A stretch of DNA of 64,000 bases from Macrostomum lignano (lineage: Eukaryota), in NCBI GenBank assembly GCA_002269645.1, contig NIVC01002247.1, positions 62,001 through 126,000 of the forward strand, in the 5' to 3' direction. The stretch's first letter is position 1; each line of letters begins with the position of its first letter. The notes under the pieces are model-generated. The model did no database searches, was not told the DNA's origin, and saw only the letters and a list, made by a program, of their open reading frames with translations. The translations under genes were made by a program, and so were the position numbers. This document shows, in pieces, positions 38,737 through 51,504 of the stretch.

Positions 38737-39809
38737 GAAGCTACTAGGAAATCTCACCCATAAATGGAAGCTACTAGGAAATCTCACCCATAAATGGAAG
38801 CTACTAGGAAATCTCACCCATAAATGGAAGCTACTAGGAAATCTCACCCATAAATGGAAGCTACTAGGAAATCTCACCCATAAATGGAAGCTACTAGGAA
38901 ATCTCACCCATAAATGGAAGCTACTAGGAAATCTCACCCATAAATGGAAGCTACTAGGAAATCTCACCCATAAATGGAAGCTACTAGGAAATCTCACCCA
39001 TAAATGGAAGCTACTAGGAAATCTCACCCATAAATGGAAGCTACTAGGAAATCTCACCCATAAATGGAAGCTACTAGGAAATCTCACCCATAAATGGAAG
39101 CTACTAGGAAATCTCACCCATAAATGGAAGCTACTAGGAAATCTCACCCATAAATGGAAGCTACTAGGAAATCTCACCCATAAATGGAAGCTACTAGGAA
39201 ATCTCACCCATAAATGGAAGCTACTAGGAAATCTCACCCATAAATGGAAGCTACTAGGAAATCTCACCCATAAATGGAAGCTACTAGGAAATCTCACCCA
39301 TAAATGGAAGCTACTAGGAAATCTCACCCATAAATGGAAGCTACTAGGAAATCTCACCCATAAATGGAAACTACTAGGAAATCTCACCCATAAATGGAAG
39401 CTACTAGGAAATCTCACCCATAAATGGAAGCTACTAGGAAATCTCACCCATAAATGGAAACTACTAGGAAATCTCACCCATAAATGGAAGCTACTAGGAA
39501 ATCTCACCCATAAATGGAAGCTACTAGGAAATCTCACCCATAAATGGAAGCTACTAGGGAATCTCACCCATAAATGGAAACTACTAGGAAATCTCACCCA
39601 TAAATGGAAACTACTAGGGAATCTCACCCATAAATGGAAACTACTAGGAAATCTTAACCATAAATGAAGCTACTAGGAAATCTCACCCATAAATGGAAAC
39701 TACTAGGAAATCTCACCCATAAATGGAAACTACTAGGAAATCTCACCCATAAATGGAAACTACTAGGAAATCTCACCCATAAATGGAAACTACTAGGAAA
39801 TCTCACCCA
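38737..39809. repeat. 30-bp minisatellite x ~35 abutting the caspase stop codon
   Basis: Unit GAAGCTACTAGGAAATCTCACCCATAAATG, nearly invariant. Confidence 0.97.
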
Positions 39810-39810
39810 G

Positions 39811-42800
39811 TCACTTGGGCACAAAGTACACCTCCTTGGTCAGCATGGACACAATGCAGGGCACCTGCTTCTTCCGGCACAGCAGGGGGTCCCGCGCGTT
39901 GCTCTCGTACAGGTTGGCCACCCGCCAGCAGACGCGGGTGAGCAGCCGCTGAAGGTCCAGACGGCCGCCGTAGCCCCATTCGTCCAGGCCGCGGCAGAGC
40001 GACTGCACGAACCAGGAGCCGTGGACGGCGTTCCGCCAGCTGTAGTAGCCGGGGGTCACCGAGTACGCCACCAGGAAGTCCGCCTCGCTGGGCAGCAGCC
40101 GCCTCTGCTGTTGCTCGATGGCCGCCGCGTCTGCCTCGTCGGATGGAGCGCCGGAGTCCGGCACCTCAACGCCGGCGTCAAACTTCGAGCCGCGGCACGC
40201 TTGAAGGAAGAAGAGCTTCGGCTTGCCTGGAATGCGGGGCGGGCGAGGACTGCAATTTCTGGGGAATTTTTTACAGAAACTCCCGCCTGCAGTCCCAGCA
40301 AAGACCCACACCTTGAGTCCCTAACCAGCCCCGTTCACAACAAAGACCCACACCTTGAGTCCCTGCCCAGCCCCATTCCCAACAGATCCACACCTTGAGT
40401 CCCTGCCCAGCCCCATTCCCAACAGATCCACACCTTGAGTCCCTGCCCAGCCCCATTCCCAACAGACCCACACCTTGAGTCCCTGCCCAGCCCCATTCCC
40501 AACAAAGACCCACACCTTTAATCCCTGCCCAGCCACATTCCCAACAAAGACCCAGGCCTTGAGTCCCTGCCCAGCCTCATTCCCAACAAAGACCCAGGCC
40601 TTGAGTCCCTGCCCAGCCCCATTCCCAACAAAGACCCACACCTTGAGTCCCTAACCAGCCCCGTTCCCAACAAAGACCCAGGCCTTGAGTCCCTGCCCAG
40701 CCCCATTCCCAACAAAGACCCACACCTTGAGTCCCTAACCAGCCCCGTTCCCAACAAAGACCCACACCTTGAGTCCCTGCCCAGCCCCATTCCCAACAAA
40801 AACCCACACCTTGAGTCCCTGCCCAGCCCCATTCCCAACAAAGACCCACACATTGAGTCCCTGCCCAGCCTCAAAGACCCACACATTGAGTCCCTGCCCA
40901 TCCTCATTACCAACAAAGACCCACACCTTGAGTCCCTAACCAGCCCCGTTCCCAACAAAGACCCACACATTGAGTCCCTGCCCAGCCCCATTCCCAACAA
41001 AGACCCACACATTGAGTCCCTGTCCAGCCTCAAAGACCCACACATTGAGTCCCTGCCCATCCTCATTACCAACAAAGACCCACACCTTGAGTCCCTAACC
41101 AGCCCCGTTCCCAACAAAGACCCACACCTTGAGTCCCTGCCCAGCCCCATTACCAACAAAGACCCAGGCCTTTAGTCCCTGCCCAGCCCCATTCTCAACA
41201 AAGACCCAGGCCTTGAGTCCCTGCCCAGCCCCATTCCCAACAAAGACCCAGGCCTTTAGTCCCTGCCCAGCCCCATTCCCAACAAAGACCCAGGCCTTTA
41301 GTCCCTGCCCAGCCCCATTCTCAACAAAGACCCACATCTTGAGTCCCTGCCCAGCCCCATTCCCAACAGGCCCACACATTGAGTCCCTGCCCAGCCTCAA
41401 AGACCCACACATTGAGTCCCTGCCCATCCTCATTCCCAACAAAGACCCAGGCCAGGTATCCAAACACCCACAACCGGACACGCACCGGCCAATCCCGGAC
41501 AGACATCGCCGCGAAACCTGGCCAGAATCTCGTCGACCCGCAGCAGGCCGTCGGTGCCGTAGATCTGGTCGGGCTCGCCGTGGGACATGAGCACAGCGGC
41601 GAAACAGTCTGCCTGGCTGTGGTCCTGAGCAGCCAGCTGGGAGCAGAGGGACAGGAGCTGGCCGCAACGCACGTTCTCCACTATGACAAGCTGGCCAGCG
41701 GGGGTCACAAAATATGGGAGAATTGATGCACACTCGGTTGGAATTTGCAGTTCACGAGACTAATGAGTGCACTGAAGGATAAGTGTACGGAAAGACTTCA
41801 GGTGTCGGAGCGGCTGAAGGACAGGCAGGGGGTGTCGCAACGGCACTGAAGGACAGGCAGGAGGTGTCAAGGGGCACTGAAGGACAGGAAGGAGGTGTCG
41901 GAGGGGCACTGAAGGACAGGAAGGAGGTGTCGCAACGGCACTGAAGGACAGGCAGGAGGTGTCAAGGCGCACTAGAGGGCTGGAGGCTGGCACGATGGTT
42001 CAGAATCTGCATTCCACACATTGGCGCCTTACCTGGAACTGCAGCCGTCTGAAGGACTCGCGCAACACGGCCAGATCGCTGGCGGTGCCGCTGCGGGCGC
42101 TCATTTTAGTGCTGGCATCGAACTCGTAGTTGTTCACTATCAGGCAGTAGCCGCGGCAGGGGTGGCGCATGTTGTAGACGAACTGAGAAGATTCCTGCTG
42201 CTGCTGCTGCTGCTGGCAGTTTTGGCCGACCGCTGGCAAATGATGGGGGAGACTCTGGCTACAGAGTTTATCACAACAGGGCAGCTCATCGGTGACGCGT
42301 GCGACTCCCCGGGTTCGATTCCTTCAGACGCATTAATTTTGCACTTGTGCATGTTATGTGGCCTGTGGCCTGCTAACAGTAGAAAGACCATGGGGGTGTA
42401 TTTCAAATACACACATTTTTCCTTTGTCTGGATCTCCAAAAACATTAAACGAATTGCCATGAAAATCCTGAACACGGGCTAAAATTTCCGCTCTATTCGA
42501 TGAAGCAACTTCGAGGATCACGAAAAATCGGCATCGTCGAGATATTCAACGATTCTCCTCGGGTGTCTGGTGGCAAAAACCGCCAAAATTGGCAAATTTT
42601 TTCTGCTCACAAAATCTCATCATGAAACCACGTCGGCTCAACAAACTATGCATATCAGGCGCAGGGACTTTTTCTCTCAGCATCCCAGGCACCAGGGTCC
42701 CCTTCATCACCGTCTGGAGCATCGGCGGCGACTGTCGGGAACTTCAACAAAAGCACCCGATCGGCATCTCAGAGACAGCTGCGTTCCCAAAATTGAAATG

Positions 42801-44768
42801 GAAGAATCCTCGTCTGCATGCAGCATTCAGTCAGTAGACACAATTGGTGAATGAAATGGACGATGGCCACCCTCTAGGCTGACCTGTAGACATACAGGCG
42901 ACCTTCGGGACCTTCAATGGAGTGCCACCTTGCGGCCCCGACGAGCTGGCACCGCCAACATCGTGATTTTTTAGCAAGGCACCAAACCAGGCATGTTTGC
43001 GTATTATACAGTGCTTTTGCACCATGTAAATTCGAAACTGCCGAACATCGTCAGCGGACTGCCACAACGGACAAGCTCTACGGCATCCGATGCCTGTGGG
43101 ACACCTTTGTCAGTCAGCTGCGCCATCCTGTCCTTTCCGGGCCGTACCTCTGCGTCGACGAAACTCTGGTTGTCTACTGGGGTGTGAACTGTGACTTCAC
43201 GGTCTTTCTGAGGGAGAAGCCCGGTCTTCTTCTTCTTCTTCTTCCATTCGGGCGCGCTCGGGCCAGGGCCCATGGCACCGGGCGTCAGATCACGCCCGCC
43301 TTCCCGAGGAAGTTCAACACCGCGGTGCAGTTCTCGAAAACTGCCGCGGGCTCCGGGCTTGGCCCCTAACGGTCGCAATGGTGCCAAGCTGTTCCTGCTG
43401 ACATCGGCTGGAAATCCAGAGATTCAGGATGACATGGACATCCGCTATGAGTTCAATGCGGAAATCTGCACTGGCAAAGGAACAATGCTGTCCACTACTT
43501 TTGCATCACAGGAATCCGATGCTCGGCTGGCCAAGGGCTCAGAGGTGTGGAGTGGTAGGCAAGTTGTTTGCCACTTGGCTGATCCATTCAGAGGACACTG
43601 GTACAGCATCACATGTGACAGATTCTTCTCGAGTCCCTGCGCTGGCCAATCACTTGTACCGAGAAATGGGATTCACGTTTCTTGGAACAGTGATGCGCAC
43701 TCGTGGTGGCCTGCCAGCCGATCTCAAGAATTCAACTCAAACCATGGCTCCACACACGAGCGAATTCCGGTTTTCTGAGGAGCTAAGGTGCCTGGGATGC
43801 TGAGAAAAAAGGCCTCTATGACAGATGGACCCAGATTATTGAGCCAATATGGATTCACCATAAATTTTTATACAGTGTAGTGTTAGTTGTCCTTGCCACC
43901 AGTGTCTTTGACAAGAATCGTTGAATATCTCGATGTTGCTGACGTCGGATGACTTTGAAAGTTAGTTCGTCGGAAAGGGTGGAAAATTTTGATCCATATG
44001 GTGGACTTTTACGAAAATCGGTAATTCGGTTTGCGAGCTATCGTGAAATGGGTCGTGTGTATTTGTAATACACCCCCCGTGGTCTTTCCCCATGGGGAAA
44101 AATAGCTCGTAGCGTGGTCTTTCTACTGTTAAGCGACTCATGCCCGGAAGGGTCGGGGAGCTCGGTACACGATTACCGGCTATTTAGGCAATAGTTAGGA
44201 TTAGGGCTAGGATTAGGGTAAGAATTAGGATTAGGATTAGGGTTAGGATTAGAGTTAGGATTAGGGTAATTTAGGATTAGGATAACGGTAAGGATTAGGA
44301 TTAGTGTACCTATTAGAGTTAGGATTAAGATTAGGGTAAGGATTAGGGTTAGGATTAGGGTTAGGATTAGGGCCAGGGGCCGATTAGGGTAAGGGTTAGG
44401 GTTAGAAATGTTAGTAAAAGCCGATATTTAAAAAATGCATTGGTTTTTTATACTGATAATTAATGGTTGAGACGGGACTGCAGACATCAGTAGCGCTCAC
44501 CAGCAGTAGCTGTTGCAGCGGCGGCCTTTTTCCGCTGAGCTGCCGGCCTGCCGCCGCCGCCGGGTCCGACAGCGGCAAACTGCGGATCATTGTTGGACAG
44601 CCAGTTGGAGGCCGCCGCGGCCGCAGCAGACCTCGGGCCGCCGCCGTCGGCCAAATCGTTCGCTGCTTTATCGTCGGAGTTGGCATCAGCGGCGGCGGGG
44701 AAGGCCCGACGGCGGGGCATCAGCGGCGCCGGCACCAAGTCGTCATCGTCAAGAGTCTGGCGGTCCAT
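39811..44768 (-). CDS. CASP3: Executioner caspase (caspase-3/7-like), 4 exons, 362 aa
   Basis: Exons 44768-44501, 42232-42033, 41690-41486, 40226-39811 (1,089 nt, phases 1/0/1). Motifs YNM...RGYCLIVNN..F...R.GT..D, LMSHG (catalytic His), KPKLFFLQACRG (catalytic Cys), ADFL.AYS..PGY.SWRN...GSWFVQSL. CASP3 versus CASP7 cannot be resolved. Confidence 0.9.
40298..41452. repeat. 42-bp minisatellite (caspase intron 3)
   Basis: Unit GACCCACACCTTGAGTCCCTGCCCAGCCCCATTCCCAACAAA with variants. Confidence 0.95.
41800..41968. repeat. ~31-bp minisatellite with core GGCACTGAAGGACAGG (caspase intron 2)
   Basis: About 5 copies; the core is shared with the array at 44852-45028. Confidence 0.85.
42377..44128 (+). 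mobile_element. Decayed piggyBac transposon in caspase intron 1
   Basis: TIR CAGTAGAAAGACCAY at both ends, flanked by CTAA (42373-42376) and TTAA (44129-44132), with further inverted subterminal blocks. Frameshifted transposase fragments TDKL..IR.LWD.F, LCVDETLV, EKPG, ITCDRFFSS and GTV. Confidence 0.9.
44195..44407 (+). repeat. Degenerate telomere-like (TTAGGG/TTAGGA) tract
   Basis: Mixed TTAGGG, TTAGGA and TAAGGA hexamers. Confidence 0.8.
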
Positions 44769-44851
44769 GAAATAATTTGGCTAGAATCATATATCCCCAA
44801 ATGCACCCGTGTGTGAGCTCGGGGGTCAGCGAACTGGACTGACTGCTTGAC

Positions 44852-45028
44852 TCTGGCACTGAAGGACAGGCTGGGCTGGCACTGAAGGACAGGTTGGGGT
44901 GGCACTGAAGGACAGGCTGGGGTGGCACTGAAGGACAGGCAGGGGTGGCACTGAAGGACAGGCAGGGGTGGCACTGAAGGACAGACAGGGCTGGCACTGA
45001 AGGACAGGCTGGGGTGGCACTGAAGGAC
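44852..45028. repeat. 23-bp minisatellite x ~8 upstream of caspase exon 1
   Basis: Unit GGCACTGAAGGACAGGC(A/T)GGGGT. Confidence 0.9.
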
Positions 45029-46189
45029 AATATCATATTGTCAGTGGGAGATAATTATCTAACTATCAAAGCTCATAGCGATCGAACAGAGCAAAAAGCG
45101 GAGCAGGTCAGCAATCAAGAAAATGACGCCATGAGATCGCGCACAAAATCAGCTCTAATTCAGTGTATTTGCCATTGCCGCTGGCGCAGGTCAATAAAAT
45201 GTATATAATACTAGTAGAATAATATATATAATAGTATGGATTGCCTATCATGTCGTACATGAAGCAAATTCAAGCAATTAAAGGTGAAAGAAACAAAGAC
45301 TAAACTAGCAGCCGGACAGTCAGACCGAAAACCTGGGGTTGAAATTGAATAGGAAAATGTTTGAGTCATTTATTAGTAGTAACTTGATTCAATACTGCAG
45401 CTAACAGAAAGCTCTCTTGGGGTTACAGGGGCTTAGTATATTATATAGTAGTTAGTAATTGCACATATATGAATATATTATATATTAAAGGCAGGTAAAT
45501 ACGGTACAGTAAGGCGCGGTGAAGTGTACAATTATTAAATATGTAATAATTATATATGAAGTAGAAAGAGCTTAGATAGACTGTCTGGTCAAATTGCCAG
45601 AATACGAATGAACGCGCGCGCTACACTACTGTCCGACAAATCAGTACGCAGTAGTATCCTAGCGCATTGAATTATAATATATAACTATTAATTTATCTAC
45701 TTGAAGCACTAAAACCGCAGGAAAGGCAGGAAGCGCAGAAAGAGACTGGGAGGCACCGGTGCAATGCGGCTGAATTAAACACAATTTCCGACTGCCCGCT
45801 GCATGATAGTAGTATATGATAGTAGTATTATATTGCTAGCGAATACTGCCCTGATAATAAAATCAGGATGAAAGTAACGGCAGAGCTGAGAATATTAATA
45901 AATTATTTAAACATAAATTTTTCAGATTAGCGGGGCCTAAAAAAACTAAATTGAGTGACGTAAAACCGCGGGACTAAGGAGATAAGACAGAGAATAAGAG
46001 GCTAATAAATTAAAACACTAAATTGTCTGGGAAGTTAGAAACCTATTGGGGGGATAAGTAAGCAAACGGATAAAACAGGTTACTAAGGCAAAAATATCAC
46101 TTGTTCTTCAATCACACAAACTCCCTACCGAGTGGCTCGACCTCACAGCTACACCAAGGATGCTACGAATTTCCAAAAGATAGATTGGC

Positions 46190-49100
46190 CTATTTTCTAA
46201 CGAGATCTCTTTGCTGCTGCTGCTCCGGCTTGAGCTCAAGCTCAACTAGCAGCGAGAAATGATCAGACGATATGTGCGGATGCGGACAGCCGAGGATGTT
46301 GTGCTCGGTGAACCAGGTCTCCGGGATCATGTCCAAGCAGCCGATGTTGCTGAAGTGGGCGCCGGTGAAGAAGATGTAGTCAATGACGCCGCGGAAATCG
46401 TACGTGTAGTTGGTGTACCGCATGCCGACCTCCTGGTCGTAGCAGCGAACCAGATTCAAATCGTGCTCAAGCAGCTCGGGATGGTGCTGAGACCGGTGCG
46501 GCGTCAGCTTGTCAAGGATGTTCTCGTAGCCCAGCTCTTTGAAGTCCGGATGAGACTTGTTGATCTTGCCGGTGGCCAGGTATTCGAACACACCTGGGGT
46601 GAGCAAAAGGAAAAATACCCGCTTATGCACTTGTTTTTGAGTGGGCGCTTCACAAGCTTAAGGCATCACAAGCTCGGAGCCTCACAAGCTCGGAGCCTCA
46701 CAAGCTCGGAGCCTCACAAGCTCGGAGCCTCACAAGCTCGGAGCCTCACAAGCTCGGAGCCTCAAAAGCTCGGAGCCTCACAAGCTCGGAGCCTCACAAG
46801 CTCGGAGCCTCACAAGCTCGGAGCCTCACAAGCTCGGAGCCTCACAAGCTCGGAGCCTCACAAGCTCGGAGCCTCACAAGCTCGGAGCCTCACAAGCTCG
46901 GAGCCTCACAAGCTCGGAGCCTCACAAGCTCGGAGCCTCACAAGCTCGGAGCCTCACAAGCTCGGAGCCTCACAAGCTCGGAGCCTCACAAGCTCGGAGC
47001 CTCACAAGCTCGGAGCCTCACAAGCTCGGAGCCTCACAAGCTCGGAGCCTCACAAGCTCGGAGCCTCACAAGCTCGGAGCCTCACAAGCTCGGAGCCTCA
47101 CAAGCTCGGAGCCTCACAAGATCGAAGTCTCACAAGATCGAAGTCTCACAAGCTCGGAGCCTCACAAGCTCGGAGCCTCACAAGCTCGGAGCCTCACAAG
47201 CTCGGAGCCTCACAAGCTCGGAGCCTCACAAGCTCGGAGCCTCACAAGCTCGGAGCCTCACAAGCTCGGAGCCTCACAAGCTCGGAGCCTCACAAGCTCG
47301 GAGCCTCACAAGCTCGGAGCCTCACAAGCTCGGAGCCTCACAAGCTCGGAGCCTCACAAGCTCGGAGCCTCACAAGCTCGGAGCCTCACAAGCTCGGAGC
47401 CTCACAAGCTCGGAGCCTCACAAGCTCGGAGCCTCACAAGCTCGGAGCCTCACAAGCTCGGAGCCTTCGGAATTCACGGGTCCCGGAATTAGTTAATTGC
47501 GATTCACGCCCCCATGAGGCTCATGCTAGGCGATTATGAAGTCACACCTGCTGTGTACATGTATACCCTGTGTAAGCGTGTGCATTCGCATGCAAGAGGT
47601 CAGGCGAATGAGCATTGCTACGCGTCTCCTTGCTGGCTGCGGGTTGACAAACTCAAAAGCCTTCTGCAACTAAACAACTAAAAAACCCTCAGCTGTAAAG
47701 ATAGTATTATACAAAGGAAATTTTTTATGCATCACAAAAATATAACTAACAAATTATGGTATTAAAATTCGCTACTTGCCTACTCTAGATTTCTACAAAA
47801 CAGTAGACTATATCGAGTTTTTATTACTTTTGAATCGCGATACATTTATAAAATTAGATTGACTAAATGCACCGTGTGGCATCTTCTGGCCACTTGTAAC
47901 GAGTATGCTATTACGCGTAGAATATTGGATAACTGGGGGGGGAGGGCTCACCAGACTCCGGCAGCGAGTTGAAGTCGCCGCAGATGATCAATGGCATGCT
48001 GGTGACGTCAACAGATTCAACGCCTGGCCGCTGCTGCAGCATGTGATCTTCGATCTTCTTCCACAGTGCGGAGAGCAGCATGATGGACTGGATCACCTTC
48101 ACGTCGGAGTACTCCGGGTCCCAGTGAATGTGCGCGGTGGACACCACCAGCTGGCGGCTCTGGGCCGACACCTCATCCTTCACTTCAAAGATGGCCATCA
48201 GGGCGATGTTGTCCTTCACCATCACTCGGTTGATCATTTCGTGATTATCCTGGCAGATGGCGATTGAAGTGAGGCTGGATGACACAGGTAGGTGATTAGA
48301 GACTCGATGACACAGGTAGGTGATTAGAGACTCGATGACACAGGTAGGTGATTAGAGACTCGATGACACAGGTAGGTGATTAGAGACCCGGTGACACAGG
48401 TAGGTGATTAGAGGGAGACCCAGTAACACAGGTAGGTGATTAGAGGGAGACCCGATGATGACACAGGTAGGTGATTAGAGAAAGACCCGGTGACACAGGT
48501 AGGTGATTAGAGGGAGACCCGGTAACACAGGTAGGCGATTAGAGAAAGACCCGGTGACACAGGTAGGTGATTAGAGGGAGACCAGGTGACACAGGTAGGT
48601 GATTAGAGGGAGACCCGGTGACACAGGTAGGTGATTAGAGGGAGACCCGATGATGACACAGGTAGGCGATTAGAGAAAGACCCGATGATGACACAGGTAG
48701 GCGATTAGAGAAAGACCCGGTGACACAGGTAGGTGATTAGAGAAAGACCCGGTGACACAGGTAGGTGATTAGAGGGAGACCCGGTGACACAGGTAGGTGA
48801 TTAGAGGGATACCCGGTGACAATGGGTACGTCAGAAAGAACTTTCAAACATTTGAGCAGCCAACCTTGCAATCCTTCTCGTAGCGTTCAACAGCCATGCG
48901 CGAGAACTCGATGACGTCTTCTTTGATGAGATTGAAGCGCTCTTTCTTCCAGAAGATGGCCACCCCGTCGACGTACTTGCTCTCGCTTGCCGACATCGTC
49001 TTGGCGCGGCTCTTCGCGCTAAAGATGCCGTCATAGCCGCTTTTGGCCAGCTCGGGCTTGAAGAACACCGAGAACTGCTCGGTCTCCACCTCCTGCGGGC

Positions 49101-51381
49101 GGGGGAGGCTGGAGTGATGGGGCTGGCTGCATAGCAACTGAATTAATGCCATTTAACTGGAATAACCTTTGAACCAAATATCAATGAAAGGGTTTGGTCA
49201 ATGCAGAGCGACCATAGGAAATGTGGCAACCTGACCACACCTGGGAATGTGGCGACCTGACCACACCTGGGAATGTGGCGACCTGACCACACCTGGGAAT
49301 GTGGCGACCTGACCACACCTGGGAATGTGGCGACCTGACCACACCTGGGAATGTGGCGACCTGACCACACCTGGGAATGTGGCGACCTGACCACACCTGG
49401 GAATGTGGCGACCTGACCACACGTGGGAATGTGACCAACTGGGAGTGTGGCGACCTGACCACACGTGGGAATGTGACCAACTGGGAGTGTGGCGACCTGA
49501 CTACACCTGGGAATGTGACCACCTGGGAATGCGGCGACCTGACTACACCTGGGAATGTGACCACCTGGGAATGCGGCGACCTGACTACACCTGGGAATGT
49601 GACCAACTGGGAGTGTGGCGACCTGACCACACCTGGGAATGTGACCAACAGGGAGTGTGGCGACCTGACCACACCTGGGAATGTGACCAACAGGGAGTAT
49701 GGCGACCTGACAACACCTGGGAATAGACCACACCTGGGAATGTGGATCTTGCGGGGTAACAAACTGAGCACCTGGAAGTGTGGTGACATGATAATCTGGA
49801 AATATGGCGACCTGAGCACCTAAGGAAGGTAGCAAACCAACTGAATAAAGCAAAGGCGCACCTGCAGACAGAGAATATCAGCCTGGTAGACACGAATCTC
49901 ATCCATAATGCCGCGTCTCCGGTACTCCCACTGCAGCGCCCAGGACGGACAGTAGGGGTACTGCTTCTTAGTGGCGTAGCCTTCGCACAGTACGTTGTAG
50001 CACATGAGCGTGAAGGCCATTCCATCGCTGGTGTCGTTGGGATTGCGCAGGTACCGCCAGTTTCGGCTGGGCGGCGGCGGCATGGCGAATCCTGTGGTGC
50101 GTTTTCGGTTTTCTTAGAAATACAGGTACCATGGGCGATAGTTTAATCTAGGCAGGGGGGGGGGGACTTTAAGTTGAATAGATATGCAATTTCTACGATG
50201 GACTTCTAATTTGGATAAGCGGGATTCTTAGAGAGAAGCTTATTCCATGCTATTCTTACTTTATGATAGGAGCTTTCCTAGAAATGCCTAGGCTATGGAC
50301 TTCTAAACTTGATGATAGGAGCTTTCTTAGAAATGCCTAGGCTATGGACTTCTAAACTTGATGATAGGAGCTTTCTTAGAAATGCCTAGGCTATGAACTT
50401 CTAAACTTGATGATAGGAGCTTTCTTAGAAATGCCTAGGCTATGAACTTCTAAACTTGATGATAGAAGCTTTCTTAGAAATGCCTAGGCTATGAACTTCT
50501 AAACTTGATGATAGGAGCTTTCTTAGAAATTCCTAGGCTATGAACTTCTAAACTTGATGATAGAAGCTTTCTTAGAAATGCCTAGGCTATGGACTTCTAA
50601 ACTTGATGATAGAAGCTTTCTTAGAAATGCCTAGGCTATGAACTTCTAAACTTGATGATAGAAGCTTTCTTAGAAATGCCTAGGCTATGAACTTCTAAAC
50701 TTGATGATAGAAGCTTTCTTAGAAATGCCTAGGCTATGGACTTCTAAACTTGATGATAGGAGCTTTCTTAGAAATGCCTAGGCTATGGACTTCTAAACTT
50801 GATGATAGGAGCTTTCTTAGAAATGCTTTTCTGAGTAAAGTTTCAGTAGTTTCAGTTTCTGTCTCAGTAAAAAATGCACAGATTGAACCAGCCAAGACTC
50901 TAATAATACCTTCGCTATCCAGAAACCAGCTGAGCATATTCTGAGTAGTCTCAGCATTGTACAGCTGAGAGATGTCCGGACTAAGCGGATTGTGATTCAG
51001 ATTAAGGGTGGTGAGCTGGAACAGGCGGCCAATCTGCATGGGCAGAGCTCTGATTTGGTTGTTCTGCAGGTAGAGCTCCTTAAGCTCAGTGAGTTCGCCA
51101 ATCTCCGGCGGCAGAATCTTGATCATATTGAAGGACAGGTCCAGGTGAACGAGGTTCTTCAACTGGGAAATCTGGCTGGGGATGACACTGATTTTGTTGT
51201 GTGACATGTACAGGTAGCGCAGGTAGGTCATGCAGCACAGGCCGGGCGGGAAGATTTTCACATTGCCGACAATTTCCAGCTGGTCCCAGCAGGCCTTGCC
51301 GCCGGTTTCGCGGTCCTCCGCAGTGAGGAATTGCACCTGCCTGCTGGCCCGGCCCTGCTCCCATTTGCGCTTCCTGTGCAT
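46190..51381 (-). CDS. CNOT6: CCR4-NOT deadenylase subunit CCR4/CNOT6 (LRR + EEP nuclease), 5 exons, 543 aa
   Basis: Exons 51381-50910, 50091-49862, 49092-48865, 48249-47952, 46593-46190 (1,632 nt, phases 1/0/0/1). LRRs (LxxLxLSxNxIxxLPxEIG) and the motifs MCYNVL, YPYCPSWALQWEYR, CLQEVET, AHIHWDPEYSDVK, ICGDFNS, GVIDYIFF and SDHF. Confidence 0.95.
46666..47466. repeat. 16-bp minisatellite (CACAAGCTCGGAGCCT) x ~50 (CNOT6 intron 4)
   Basis: Tandem copies. Confidence 0.97.
48281..48820. repeat. ~30-32-bp minisatellite (CNOT6 intron 3)
   Basis: Unit GACACAGGTAGGTGATTAGAGGGAGACCCGGT. Confidence 0.95.
49217..49822. repeat. 26/39-bp minisatellite (CNOT6 intron 2)
   Basis: GGGAATGTGGCGACCTGACCACACCT and a longer variant. 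Confidence 0.93.
50262..50827. repeat. 49-bp minisatellite x ~11 (CNOT6 intron 1)
   Basis: Unit GGCTATGGACTTCTAAACTTGATGATAGGAGCTTTCTTAGAAATGCCTA. Confidence 0.95.
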
Positions 51382-51504
51382 CGTCTGTCCACCGCGTTCA
51401 CCTGCTGGCTGATGCGTCTTCCTTCCTGTCTTGCGCTTGTCTGTGCGGCGGCGGTTAAACTGGGCTGCTGCGGTTTGCCCGGCATGAAAATTGCTGCTCT
51501 CTGC

